A stretch of DNA of 39,838 nucleotides from an uncultured Planctomycetota bacterium (GTDB taxonomy: Bacteria > Planctomycetota > JAJSAM01 > JAKLKS01). The DNA is taken from the NCBI GenBank assembly GCA_964555565.1, contig CAZKTF010000006.1, positions 1 to 39,838 of the forward strand, written 5' to 3'. The notes beneath the pieces are model-generated. The model did no database searches and had not been told where the DNA came from. It worked only from the letters and a program-made list of their open reading frames with translations. Position numbers and translations under genes: made by a program. This document shows, one piece after another, positions 16,503 through 26,153 of the stretch (positions are counted from its first letter, which is position 1; each line of letters begins with the position of its first letter).

Positions 16503-18044
16503 CTACGCGAGCAGAGGCTCGCCCGTCATCGCGGCGGGGACCGGGAGCCCCATCGCGCGGAGGACGGTGGGCGCGACGTCGCACAGGCGCCCGCGGCCGC
16601 CGCGGGCGCTGCGGCCGCGGAAGGGCTCGCCGACGAAGATCGCCGGGACGGGGTTCATGGAGTGCGCGGTCATGGGGCGGCCCCGCGCGTCGAGCATCTG
16701 CTCGCAGTTCCCGTGGTCGGCGGTGACGACCGACGCCCCGCCCGCCGCGAGGACCGCCGGGACCGCGCGGGCGAGGCAGGCGTCCACGGCCTCGAGCGCG
16801 CGCACCGTGGCCGAAAGGACCCCCGTGTGCCCCACCATGTCGGGGTTGGCGTAGTTGAGGACCACGGCCCCGAAGACCCCGCGCGCGATCTCGGCCAGGA
16901 GCCGGTCGGTCACCCCGGGGGCGCTCATCTCGGGCTGGAGGTCGTAGGTGGCGACCTTCGGGGAAGGGACGAGGACCCGCTCCTCCCCCTCGAAGGGCTT
17001 CTCGTCCCGGCCGGAGAAGAATGAGGTCACGTGGGCGTACTTCTCGGTCTCGGCGATGCGGAGCTGGCGGAGCCCGGCCCGCGCCCAGGCCTCCCCGAGC
17101 GTGTCCCGGACGAAGATCGGCGGGAAGGCCGCCGGCCAGGGGAAGGTCGCGTCGTAGAGGGTCATGGTGGCGAGCGCGGCCGGGCGCGGGGCGCCCCCCC
17201 TCGCGAACTCGGCGAACCCCTCCCCGGCCAGCGCCCGCACGACCTGGCGCGCGCGGTCCGGCCGGAAGTTGCAGTGGAGCACCGCGTCGCGCGGGCCGAC
17301 GGTGAGGGGGGCGCCGCCGCGGGGGACGATCACCGTGGGGACGACGAACTCGTCCGTGACGCCGGCCGCGTGGGAGGCGCGCACCGCCTCCACCGGGTCC
17401 GCCGCGCGCGGCCCCTCGCCGAGGACGAGCGCGGCCCAGGCCTTCCGGGTCCGGTCCCACCGACCGTCCCGGTCCATGGCGTAGTAGCGGCCGGAGACCG
17501 TGGCGACGACGCCGGCCCCGGCCGCGCGGCAGGCCTCCGCGAGGCGGGAGAGGTGCCCGGGGGCGCTCGTGGGCGGGGTGTCCCGCCCGTCGGTGAAGGC
17601 GTGGACGACGGTCCGGTCCCCCCCGAGGCCCAGGCGCGCGGCCGCCCGCAGCGCCGCCGCGAGGTGGCGGTCGGAGGCGTGGACCCGGCCGTCGCTCACG
17701 AGCCCGAGGAGGTGGAGCCTCCCGCCCCCGGCCAGCGCGCGGCCCGCGAGCGCCCGGAACACCTCGTTGGCGTCGAGCGCGTCGGAGTCCGCGGCGGCGT
17801 CGATGCGCAGGATGTCCTGGGGGACCACGCGCCCCGCCCCCAGGTTGAGGTGCCCCACCTCGCTGTTCCCCATGACGCCGTCGGGGAGCCCCACCGCCCG
17901 GCCCGAGGCCTCGAGGAGCGCGCGGGGCCACGCCCCCGCCAGGCCGTCCAGGAACGGCGTGCGCGCGAGCGCGCGGGCGTCCCCGGGTCCCCGGTCCCCC
18001 TCTCCCCATCCGTCCAGGACGCAGAAGAGGAACGGCCCTCTCAC
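16503..18044 (-). CDS. gpmI: 2,3-bisphosphoglycerate-independent phosphoglycerate mutase
   Basis: LDGWG, MGNSEVGH, DGRDTPP, GRYYAMDRD, NFRPDRARQ, AETEKYAHVT, NPDMVGHTG, TADHGN; GTG overlaps the upstream stop (GTGA). Confidence 0.97.
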   Translation of the reverse strand: MRGPFLFCVLDGWGEGDRGPGDARALARTPFLDGLAGAWPRALLEASGRAVGLPDGVMGNSEVGHLNLGAGRVVPQDILRIDAAADSDALDANEVFRALAGRALAGGGRLHLLGLVSDGRVHASDRHLAAALRAAARLGLGGDRTVVHAFTDGRDTPPTSAPGHLSRLAEACRAAGAGVVATVSGRYYAMDRDGRWDRTRKAWAALVLGEGPRAADPVEAVRASHAAGVTDEFVVPTVIVPRGGAPLTVGPRDAVLHCNFRPDRARQVVRALAGEGFAEFARGGAPRPAALATMTLYDATFPWPAAFPPIFVRDTLGEAWARAGLRQLRIAETEKYAHVTSFFSGRDEKPFEGEERVLVPSPKVATYDLQPEMSAPGVTDRLLAEIARGVFGAVVLNYANPDMVGHTGVLSATVRALEAVDACLARAVPAVLAAGGASVVTADHGNCEQMLDARGRPMTAHSMNPVPAIFVGEPFRGRSARGGRGRLCDVAPTVLRAMGLPVPAAMTGEPLLA

Positions 18045-19180
18045 GCGGGCCGCTCCGCCGGTTCCGAGGAGGAGGGCTCCGCCTGGGGACAGGGGGGCTC
18101 GGCCCCGGTGGGCGCCGCGGCGGGCCCTCCCGCCGCCGCGGCCGCGGCGGAGGCGGCGGAGGGGGCCGGCGGGGAGACCAGCATCCGGCGCCGGCGGGGC
18201 TCGCGCTGGAGGGCGGCGGTCACGATCTTCCCGACCAGGTCCTCGTAGGAGAGCCCCGCGGCCCGGGCGGCCATGGCGTACTCGGAGTCCGGCGCCAGGT
18301 AGGGGTTGGGGTTCACCTCGAGGACGTTGGGGACCCCGTCGCGGCCCAGGCGCAGGTCCACGCGCGCGTAGTCCTGGACCCGGAGCGCCCGGACCGCGTC
18401 GAGCGCCGTCGCGCGGAGGCTCGCGTCCAGCGCCGGGTCGAGCCCCTCGGCCACGCGGGTGGAGGTCCCCGCGTACTCCCGCGACCCCGGGACCCACTTG
18501 GCCCGCCGGTCGAGGATGGGAGGGCGGTCCGGGGGGAGCCTCGAGAAGTCGCACTCCACCGGCGGGAGCGCCACCGGGTCGCGGAAGCCGAGGGCCCCCA
18601 CGTAGAACTCCCTCCCGTCCAGGAACTCCTCCGCCAGGGCGTCCTGCTTCATCTCCGTCCGGATCTTCTCGACCCGCTTCCGCATGGACGCGGCGTCGTC
18701 CACGACGCTCCGGAAGTCGATCCCGATGGAGGCGTCCGAGGCCGCCGGCTTCACGATGAGCGGGAAGCGGAGGGAGGAGAAGTCCGGGTCCGTGTGGTCG
18801 TCGTCGAACACGACGAAGTCGGGCGACCGGACCCCGTAGGTGGAGAAGAGCCTCTTCGCGATCCCCTTGTCGCCGGCCAGGAAGAGCCCCTGGCTCCCGG
18901 ACCCGGTGAACCGCACGCGGCACAGCTCCAGCAGCGAGGCCACCTGCACCTCGAAGCCGTCGTCGTCCGCGAAGGCCTCGCAGAGGTTGAAGACCAGGTC
19001 GGGCCGCCGCGTGGACAGCGCGTCGATGACCTCGCGGACGTCCTTGTGCGCGCCGAGGAGGATCGGCTCGTGGCCGAGGGACCCGAGGGCCGCGGTGACG
19101 GAATCGACGACCTCGTCGTGGAGGAACTTCCCCCCCTCCTTCATCTCGTAGTGGAGAACCACGACGCGCTTGGACGGCAC
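18041..19180 (-). CDS. D-Ala-D-Ala-ligase-like ATP-grasp protein
   Basis: PDLVFNLCE, FTGS, DKGIAK, FPLIVKP...SIGI, EEFLDGREF, YARVDLRL, LEVNPNP; lacks the canonical Ddl N-terminal GGxSxE motif. Confidence 0.88.
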   Translation of the reverse strand: MPSKRVVVLHYEMKEGGKFLHDEVVDSVTAALGSLGHEPILLGAHKDVREVIDALSTRRPDLVFNLCEAFADDDGFEVQVASLLELCRVRFTGSGSQGLFLAGDKGIAKRLFSTYGVRSPDFVVFDDDHTDPDFSSLRFPLIVKPAASDASIGIDFRSVVDDAASMRKRVEKIRTEMKQDALAEEFLDGREFYVGALGFRDPVALPPVECDFSRLPPDRPPILDRRAKWVPGSREYAGTSTRVAEGLDPALDASLRATALDAVRALRVQDYARVDLRLGRDGVPNVLEVNPNPYLAPDSEYAMAARAAGLSYEDLVGKIVTAALQREPRRRRMLVSPPAPSAASAAAAAAGGPAAAPTGAEPPCPQAEPSSSEPAERPA

Positions 19181-19189
19181 GCGCAGAGC

Positions 19190-20344
19190 CTACAGTTCCG
19201 CGAACTTGCCCCGGTAGAGATAGTTCATCACGAGCGTGGTCGCGAAGACCGTCGCGCGGGCGATCTGCTCCGACTCGCGCGGGCGCGAGGCCTTCAGGCC
19301 GAGCGCGGCGCTGCGGTCCACGAGGTGGTCGAGCAGGGCGCGCACGAGCATCGGCCGCGCCCCGGTCCAGAAGGCGAGGGTCTCCGTGAGCCGCGTGCGG
19401 TGCCGGCGGAGGAGGTCCGCCGCGTCCGCGCTGTCGCCGGCGGGGTCCGCGTCGAAGACCGCGCGCAGGTCGCCGTCGAAGTGCTCGCGGATCGCCTCCG
19501 CCACCGCCGTGCGCTCGTCGCGGCGCCGGTAGTGCTCCTCGACCGAGACCTCCATCTCCGGCTCCGGGGCGGAGGGGAGACGCGGCTCGACGGCGGGCGG
19601 GGTCCGTCCGACCTCGCCCGCCACCCGATCGACGAACTGCAGCTTCCGGTAGGCGGGCCAGTTCCGGTAGCGCTCCTTCCAGTCGCTCCCCGGCGTGAGC
19701 CAGACCGCGAAGGTCTCGGCGAAGTCCTCGTCCGGGTGCTTCTGCGCGTACCAGCCGGGGAGGTGGCGGACGTACCGCCGGCTGAAGGGGTTCGGCTGGA
19801 AGTCCTCGAGGTAGGGACGCGAGTAGGGGCCGAAGACCTCGTGCCACTCCTCGCGCTGGTAGAGGAGGTAGGCGTAGTTGAAGGCGTGGCCGGCCTCGTG
19901 GCGGAGGTACAGGGAGACCTCCTCGGGGGTCTCGAGGTTCTCGCCCCGCTCCTGCTCCAGGGCCGCGAGCTTGGGGTCCACGAGGTAGAAGGGGACGCCG
20001 ATGGCCGGCTCCCCCTCGAGGCAGCCCCACTCGTCGGAGAGGTAGGCCGGCGGCCTGAGGGAGAGGCCCGCGGCCTCGAGCTCCTCGTACAGGCGCCGGA
20101 CCTTCTCCTCGAGGAAGGTCCCCTCGATGCGGAGGGGGAGGTCCCGGAGCCGGCGCGAGAGGAGCCCCGCCGGGTCGTCCGCTCCCGGACCGGGATCGGC
20201 TCCGCCGGGCGGGGGGGCCGGGGTGGCGGGGGCCTCCCCGGGCGCCGGGGCGGGGACGACCCCGCCCGCGGCGGAGCGCTCCGCTCCGACGAGGAGCGTG
20301 CCCGGAGAGGAAGCGGCGTGGGGAGAGGGGTCGGGGAGGTCCAT
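19190..20344 (-). CDS. Putative zinc-binding metallopeptidase (zincin)
   Basis: LRHEAGHA (HExxH) and YAQKHPDEDFAETFAVWL motifs. Confidence 0.85.
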   Translation of the reverse strand: MDLPDPSPHAASSPGTLLVGAERSAAGGVVPAPAPGEAPATPAPPPGGADPGPGADDPAGLLSRRLRDLPLRIEGTFLEEKVRRLYEELEAAGLSLRPPAYLSDEWGCLEGEPAIGVPFYLVDPKLAALEQERGENLETPEEVSLYLRHEAGHAFNYAYLLYQREEWHEVFGPYSRPYLEDFQPNPFSRRYVRHLPGWYAQKHPDEDFAETFAVWLTPGSDWKERYRNWPAYRKLQFVDRVAGEVGRTPPAVEPRLPSAPEPEMEVSVEEHYRRRDERTAVAEAIREHFDGDLRAVFDADPAGDSADAADLLRRHRTRLTETLAFWTGARPMLVRALLDHLVDRSAALGLKASRPRESEQIARATVFATTLVMNYLYRGKFAEL

Positions 20345-20565
20345 CGGGGAGCGGGTGCGATCCGGGATCTACTCTATCGGCAGGAGGGGGTCGGCCGGGA
20401 GTTCCTTCGGCATCCCCTCTTGGACGCACCGGCGGCCCGGGAGGTTACACCCCATGGAGAAACGCCGTAACCCATTGTGGAGAAACAGGTAGCGCATGGG
20501 TCAGCGCCGCGGCCCGAGCGCCGTGCCCAGGGCCCAAGGCGCCGTTCCCCGTCCCCGTGCATCCT

Positions 20566-21030
20566 CTAGGGGATCGCCGCCACCCGCATCAGGTACTTGC
20601 TCAGCACCTGGCGGTGTTCCCCGGTGATCTCCTGGATGAAGAGCCCCATCCGGAACACCATCGACATCTCCTCCGCCGCCTCGATCCAGGACACGCGGCA
20701 GAGGGCCTTGATCGCGTCGGGCTGGATCGGCAGGACGAGGTTCACGCCCATGAGGATCTTCCCCACGAGGAGGTCCTTGATCCATTCGGTCTTCGGGATC
20801 TGGGCGACGAGGAGCATCCCGCCGATGGAGATGTTCTTCGTGCTCCCCTCGTAGACCTGGTCCATGGCCGGGTCCTTCACGGTCGAGGAGATGAACTTGA
20901 AGCGGACCGGCACGCCGGCGTTCAGGCGCGTGAACTCGCGCCTCTCGGACGAATCGGACCCGGGCATCGGCCTGTCCACTCCCCCCGCGGGCCCGCCGGA
21001 ACCGGGGCCGCCCGCCCGCAGGGCGACCAT
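20566..21030 (-). CDS. PilZ-domain protein (alternative start 20967)
   Basis: ERREFTR (RxxxR) and KNISIGGM (D/NxSxxG) c-di-GMP motifs. Confidence 0.85.
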   Translation of the reverse strand: MVALRAGGPGSGGPAGGVDRPMPGSDSSERREFTRLNAGVPVRFKFISSTVKDPAMDQVYEGSTKNISIGGMLLVAQIPKTEWIKDLLVGKILMGVNLVLPIQPDAIKALCRVSWIEAAEEMSMVFRMGLFIQEITGEHRQVLSKYLMRVAAIP

Positions 21031-21091
21031 CGGGCAGTCTACCGCAGTGGAAGGCCTACCCGGAGCGCCGAGTTGCGCCCCGGGACCGGAC

Positions 21092-22039
21092 CTACCTCCT
21101 CCGCACGAGCACGCCGTCGTCCACCCCGAGCGCCCGGCGCGCCTCCTCGGTGTCGCGGAGGAACCGGAGCCCGTCGGTCCAGTAGCCCGCCGTGGGCCGC
21201 ACGCCGGGCGCCCGCGCCGCGAACCAGGCGTTGAGCGCGGCCATGTGGACCTCGCGCGCGTACTTCGCGGCCATGCTGGCGAGCCCGACCGCGAGGGACG
21301 CCCCGTCCGCCTTCTCCTCGAAGCGGACCCGCCCCTCCCCCACCGCGTAGGCCGAGGCCCCGGGCCGCTCCGCGAGCACGCGCACGAGGTGCTCCGGGAA
21401 GTCCCGCTGGAGGAGCGGCCCGTAGGAGGCGCGGGCCCCCTGCCGGTCGCAGAGCACCTCCGCCCGGCCCCCCGCGGCGGCCGCGAGCGCGCGGCCGAGC
21501 AGCGCGGCCGTCTCCCGGAACAGCGCCGCGGACTTCGTCCCCTCCCGCGCCACGGCGTCGTTGTAGCGGCCCTCCGGGAGGAGGCGGACCTCGAGCGCGA
21601 CGACCTCCAGGCCGGCGCGGTGGAGGGCGGCGCGGAGGGACCGGCCCCGGCGCGCCACCAGCGCCGGGTCCGCCGCGAGGGGGACCCGCATCCGCGGGAG
21701 CCCCCCGTACCAGGGGTGGTCCGCGGGCGGCGGGAGGGCCCCGAGCGCCGCCAGCAGCGACTCCCCGTCCGCGGGAGCCGCCCCGTCGCGCGCGACGAGG
21801 AAGGCGAGGACCCCCTCCTCGATCGCGCGGGGCCCCTCCGCCGGGCGATGGATCTCCTTGCTGTCCCCGACGCGGATCCGGTCCCGCCCCCTCCCGAGCG
21901 CGCGCCGGAGGGAGTCCTCCACCCCCGCCGCGTCCCCCCCCTCGCGGGCGCGGAACGCGGCCAGCCCCACGGCCAGCGGGCCGAGGAGGGGCCCGTAGCC
22001 CGCCTCGTCGATCCCGGCCACGACCAGGGGTGTGGGCAT
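21092..22039 (-). CDS. Ribonuclease HII-like protein
   Basis: GIDEAGYGPLLGPL, VGDSK, CDRQG, KADG...VGLASMAAKYARE, GY. Confidence 0.8.
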   Translation of the reverse strand: MPTPLVVAGIDEAGYGPLLGPLAVGLAAFRAREGGDAAGVEDSLRRALGRGRDRIRVGDSKEIHRPAEGPRAIEEGVLAFLVARDGAAPADGESLLAALGALPPPADHPWYGGLPRMRVPLAADPALVARRGRSLRAALHRAGLEVVALEVRLLPEGRYNDAVAREGTKSAALFRETAALLGRALAAAAGGRAEVLCDRQGARASYGPLLQRDFPEHLVRVLAERPGASAYAVGEGRVRFEEKADGASLAVGLASMAAKYAREVHMAALNAWFAARAPGVRPTAGYWTDGLRFLRDTEEARRALGVDDGVLVRRR

Positions 22040-22078
22040 GGACCCGCGCCGCCTCCCGGTGCTACATTCTCATGGACC

Positions 22079-22486
22079 ATGAACGCCCTGCTGCTGGAAT
22101 CGAGCCGGCCGGTGCGCGACCTCGTCAAGGTCGCCCTCCTCCAATTCGACGGCATGACCGTGGACTGCGCCGAGGACTCCTGGGCCCTCGAGATGGTGAA
22201 GGAGAAGCCCTACGAGCTCCTCGTCGTCTCGGACTGCCTCGAGGCCCCCGGCGACGGGCTCCTCATCCTCAAGCAGATCCGGGAGATGGGGTCCCAGGCC
22301 CCGGCCGTGGTCCTCTCCCACGACCAGGGGGCCGCCGCGTCGCGCGAGCGGGCTGCGCTCATCATCATGGACATCGTCTCCGTCCCCCCCGACACCGTGG
22401 CCCTCTTCAAGGCCATCGTGACGGCCAAGCAGAAGGCCGAGTCCGGCGCCCGCTCCGCTGCCGCCGCCGCGCCGCCTGCGGCCTGA
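22079..22486 (+). CDS. Stand-alone atypical receiver-domain protein
   Basis: CheY-like alpha/beta pattern (ALEMVKEKPYELLVV, GDGLLILKQIR, PAVVLS); acidic pocket and Lys are degenerate. Confidence 0.7.
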   Translation: MNALLLESSRPVRDLVKVALLQFDGMTVDCAEDSWALEMVKEKPYELLVVSDCLEAPGDGLLILKQIREMGSQAPAVVLSHDQGAAASRERAALIIMDIVSVPPDTVALFKAIVTAKQKAESGARSAAAAAPPAA

Positions 22487-22540
22487 GGAGTAGTCCGGGC
22501 CGGTACACTCCGCGGGGAGGGCGTTCCGGAGGAGGGACGC

Positions 22541-24094
22541 TTGGCCGACGTGCCGGGTGCCGCGGGTGCGCCCCTCCCCGCGGGCCGGCGGGGCCTCGCC
22601 CTTGCCGTCCTGCTCGCCGCCGCGCTCCTCCTCCCCTTCCTCGGGCGCCGGGAGCTCGGCAACCCCGACGAGCCCCGCTACGCCGAGGTGGCGCGCGAGG
22701 CGGCCGCCGGCGACTGGACCGTCGTCCCGCGGCTGAACGGCGAGCCCTACGTCTCGAAGCCCCCGCTCTTCTTCCACATGGTCGCGCTCTCCTACCGCCT
22801 GCACGGGGAGCCCACGGACGCCGCGGCGCTGACGGTCCCGGCGCTCCTCGGCGTGGCCACGGCGGCCGCGACCTGGCTCCTCGGGGAGACGCTCCTGGGG
22901 ACGGGCTGCGGGCTCCTCGCGGCGCTCCTCCTCGTCGGCACCCCGTTCTTCCACTCCCGCACCCGCCACTGCTACACGGACACCGCGCTCACCGCCTTCG
23001 GGACCCTGGCGATGGCGCTGTTCTTCCTCGCGCACCGCCGCGGCTCGTGGCGCCTCGCGCTCGGCGCGGGCGCGGCGGCGGGCCTCGCGGCGCTCGGGAA
23101 GGGGCTCCACGGGTTGGCCATCCCCGCCGTCGTCGTCGCGGCCTGGCTGGCCGCCCGGCGGGACGGGGCGGCGTTCCTGCGGCTCCGCCTGTGGGCCGGG
23201 CTCCTCGCGGGGGTCGCGCTCGTGGCCGCCTGGGGGGTCGCGCTCGCGCTCTCGACCGAGGAGGGCGGGGGGCTCGGGGCCGTCGGGGAGTTCTTCCTCG
23301 GAAACGTCCGCGACCGCTTCGGCGAGGAGGCCCACCACGCGAAGCCCTTCTGGTTCTACGCGGGGTTCGCGTGGCAGGCGCTCCCCTGGTCGCTCCTCGC
23401 GGCCGTCGGGGCGGTCGCGGCGCTCGGGGACCGCGGGCCCGTGCGGGAGGCGCTCCTCGGCCCCCTCTGCTGGCTCGGGACGGGGCTCGTCGCCTTCAGC
23501 CTCGCGAGCGGGAAGCGCCCCCTCTACCTGCTCCCCCTCTACCCCGCGGCGGCGCTCCTGGCCGCGGGGACCGTGGAGGCGGTCGCGCGCGCGACACTGC
23601 CGGGCCGGGCCGGCGCCTTCGCCCGGGGGACGCTCCGGGCCCTCGAGTTCCCGGCCCTCGTCTTCTGGCTCCCGCGCACCGTGGACCTCCGGCGGCGGGC
23701 CTGCGCGGTGGCGCTGGCGGCGGGCCTCGGCGCGCTCGCCTGGGACGCCTTCGTCGAGTCCCGGTCCAACGCCGTCGAGTCGGGGCGCGTCCTCGCCGCG
23801 CGGGCGGCCGAGGTGGCGGGCGCCCGCCCGCTCGTCCTGTTCCGCGTCGGCAAGGGGGACGTGGGGCTCTTCGCCTTCCCGCTCCGGCGCACGCTGCCCT
23901 CGGCCTGGAACGAGGAGCAGCTCCGGGAGCGGGCCGCGGGCCGGCCCGTCGTCGTCGTCGCGGAGAGGAGGCAGGTCGAGGAGTCCCTCCGGGAGGGCCG
24001 GATCTCCCCGGCGCTCGCAGCGGCGCTGCGTCCCCTGGAGGACGGGGTCGCGGGCCTGACGACCTACACGCTCTACGCCTGGGACGGGAAGTGA
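22541..24094 (+). CDS. ArnT-like (GT83/PMT family) membrane glycosyltransferase
   Basis: PDEPRYAEVARE, PRLNGEPYVSKPPL, ALGKG, HHAKPFWFY, SGKRPLYLLPLYP; many TM helices. Confidence 0.9.
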   Translation: MADVPGAAGAPLPAGRRGLALAVLLAAALLLPFLGRRELGNPDEPRYAEVAREAAAGDWTVVPRLNGEPYVSKPPLFFHMVALSYRLHGEPTDAAALTVPALLGVATAAATWLLGETLLGTGCGLLAALLLVGTPFFHSRTRHCYTDTALTAFGTLAMALFFLAHRRGSWRLALGAGAAAGLAALGKGLHGLAIPAVVVAAWLAARRDGAAFLRLRLWAGLLAGVALVAAWGVALALSTEEGGGLGAVGEFFLGNVRDRFGEEAHHAKPFWFYAGFAWQALPWSLLAAVGAVAALGDRGPVREALLGPLCWLGTGLVAFSLASGKRPLYLLPLYPAAALLAAGTVEAVARATLPGRAGAFARGTLRALEFPALVFWLPRTVDLRRRACAVALAAGLGALAWDAFVESRSNAVESGRVLAARAAEVAGARPLVLFRVGKGDVGLFAFPLRRTLPSAWNEEQLRERAAGRPVVVVAERRQVEESLREGRISPALAAALRPLEDGVAGLTTYTLYAWDGK

Positions 24095-24198
24095 TGCCCC
24101 GCCGCCTCGCGCTTCCCCGGGGTCGCCGGCTTGCGCGCGCAGGAGGCCCCGGGGGACAATCCCGCGCGCAGGGGACCCGCTCCCGGGAGGGAAGAACC

Positions 24199-25494
24199 GT
24201 GCCCGTCTCCACCCGTCGCGTCGCGTCGAAGGCCGCGCTCCTCGTCGCCGCGGTACTCCTTCCCGGGTGCCTCCCGCTCGGCGTGGCGTTCCACCCCGAC
24301 GGGAAGAGGGTGGCCGCGGTGGTGAGCCGGCACCGCGACGACGAGGGAGTGGAGCGCGAGCAGGCCGACCTCCGCGTGATCTCCCTGGAGGACGGCTCCT
24401 CCGTCTCCGTGGCCGTCGGCAGGTACATGAGCTCCCCCTGCTGGACCCCCGACGGGAAGAGGCTCGTGTTCTTCCTGGCGCCCGAGCGCAAGGGCGGGGA
24501 CGACGCCCCGAGACTCTGCACCTGGGACGGAGAGAGGGTCACCGACCGGGCGACGGGGTGGGGGAAGGACTGGGATTCGTCGCTCTCCGTGGCGCCGTGC
24601 GTCTCCCCCGACGGCCGCACCGTCTACGGTACCGACGCGGTCGAGGGGCGGGCGATCGTGGCGGCGTGGGACCTCGCCACGGGGACGCGCCGGGTCGTTG
24701 CCGATCCCGGGGCGATGCCCGTCCTCTCCCCCAGGGGAGACCTGCTGGCGTACCTCTTGCCACCGGACAAGACCGACGGCGAGGCCGTCCTGTCCGTGAT
24801 CACCGTCCCGGGCGGAGAGCGCCGCGTACTGTTCGCCCTCTCCGAGGTCCCGATCATGCGCTTCGCGTGGTCACCCGACGGGACCCGGGTCGCCGCCACG
24901 GCACAGGGGCGATGGAAGACGCCGGATGGCCAGCCCGGGCCCGAGATCGTCGTCAGCGACCCCGTGAGGGGGGGAAGGCGGGGGGTGTCCGTCGAAGGGG
25001 AGCCGGCGTTCTTCCCCTGCTGGAGCACGGACGGGAAGACCCTCTACTTCACGGCGCGGAGGACGGAGCGGTGGCGCGTGCGCCGCGTGGCCGCAGAGGG
25101 GGGGAACGTGTCGGACGTGCCCGGGGGCTCCCACGCCTTCGTCGTGGGGGTCTCCCGCGACGGGAAGCGGCTCCTCCTCCGGACCTCCGGCCGCGGGGAC
25201 CCGACGGGCAGTGAGGAGATCGCGCACGGGTTCCTCCGGCTCCTGGACCCGGCCACCGGGGAGACGAAGGACCTCGTCGTCTCCGACAGCGAGTTCCGCG
25301 ACCTCGCGGCCGCGGAGATCGGCCGCGCGGGCGACCCGGGCGCGAAGGCGGAGGACGCCCCCGCCGCGGGCCGCCGCGCGCTCGAGGCCCTCGACCGGAT
25401 GGCGAAGCGCTTCCCGGGCTCCGCCGACCTCTCCCGGTCCATCTTCCTCCGCGCCGCCGCAGGGAAGCTCCTGGAGCCCGCGGGGAAGAAGTAG
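24199..25494 (+). CDS. TolB-like beta-propeller (PD40 repeat) lipoprotein
   Basis: Lipobox LLPG-C; repeated FHPDGK/WTPDGK/SPDGR/WSPDGT/WSTDGK motifs; GGGAGG RBS before GTG. Confidence 0.85.
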   Translation: MPVSTRRVASKAALLVAAVLLPGCLPLGVAFHPDGKRVAAVVSRHRDDEGVEREQADLRVISLEDGSSVSVAVGRYMSSPCWTPDGKRLVFFLAPERKGGDDAPRLCTWDGERVTDRATGWGKDWDSSLSVAPCVSPDGRTVYGTDAVEGRAIVAAWDLATGTRRVVADPGAMPVLSPRGDLLAYLLPPDKTDGEAVLSVITVPGGERRVLFALSEVPIMRFAWSPDGTRVAATAQGRWKTPDGQPGPEIVVSDPVRGGRRGVSVEGEPAFFPCWSTDGKTLYFTARRTERWRVRRVAAEGGNVSDVPGGSHAFVVGVSRDGKRLLLRTSGRGDPTGSEEIAHGFLRLLDPATGETKDLVVSDSEFRDLAAAEIGRAGDPGAKAEDAPAAGRRALEALDRMAKRFPGSADLSRSIFLRAAAGKLLEPAGKK

Positions 25495-25502
25495 AGGTGG
25501 CA

Positions 25503-26153
25503 TCACTTGCGGGCAGGTCCACCCGGAGGCTCCACGACCCCGAGTGCCGCGGCGCCTCCCTTGAGGAACCGGTCCTTCCAATCGAGGACCGTCTCCGGCG
25601 AGACGGAGAGGTCCTTCGCGACTTTCTCCACCGTTTCGCCGCGGACCAGCCGCTGCACCGCCTCGAGCCGCTTCTGCGGGGCGAAGACCCCCTGCTCGGC
25701 GCGCGGGCGGAAGACCTTGTCCTCGCCGCCTGGCTCCATCGCGAGGAGCTTGATCTCCTCGGCGTTCGCCGTCACGACGAAGATCTCGATGTTGTTGCTC
25801 TTCGGGTCCGCGGGATAGAAGATGAAGCCGGGCCGGGAGGGGTTGAAGCCCTCGGTTGTCCCCACCATCCGCTCTCCATCCGGGAAAAGGACCTCGATCT
25901 TCCTCCCCGACCGGTGCACGGGCGGAATGCGGAGCTTGTCCTCCTGGTAGCTCCGGTTCCCCTCGTGGACCCGCACGAAGTAGATGGCCTTGCACTGGTG
26001 GACTTCGATCCGCCGGGGAGACTTCATTTCGACGTCCTCGGGGGCGTAGACGTCGAAGGAGGCGTCGAACGGCCGGAACCGCCCGATGACCCCGCGCTCC
26101 CGACGACCGTCCACCATGGAGGCCACGACGACCTTGCTGCCCGTATCCGCCAT
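25503..26153 (-). CDS. DUF6982-like protein fused to a C-terminal HTH
   Basis: KVVV..DGR, KAIYFV, GRKIEVLFPDGE, GFIFYPADPKSNNIEIFVV; C-terminal RLEAVQRLVRGETVEKVAKDLSVSPETVLDWK. Confidence 0.7.
   Translation of the reverse strand: MADTGSKVVVASMVDGRRERGVIGRFRPFDASFDVYAPEDVEMKSPRRIEVHQCKAIYFVRVHEGNRSYQEDKLRIPPVHRSGRKIEVLFPDGERMVGTTEGFNPSRPGFIFYPADPKSNNIEIFVVTANAEEIKLLAMEPGGEDKVFRPRAEQGVFAPQKRLEAVQRLVRGETVEKVAKDLSVSPETVLDWKDRFLKGGAAALGVVEPPGGPARK

Noticed and set aside
16503-20429. 1308-aa ORF suggesting a large fusion with GpmI
   Set aside because: The N-terminal ~800 aa is an off-frame read-through of the zincin and ATP-grasp genes; the real gpmI starts at GTG 18044
22030-25494. 1154-aa ORF as a single gene
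   Set aside because: Only the part from 24199 (RBS, lipobox) is protein-like; the upstream part overlaps the ArnT-like gene in another frame
25503-25700. Transposase-like HTH as an IS element
   Set aside because: In-frame with the DUF6982-like domain; no DDE domain, TIRs or target duplication
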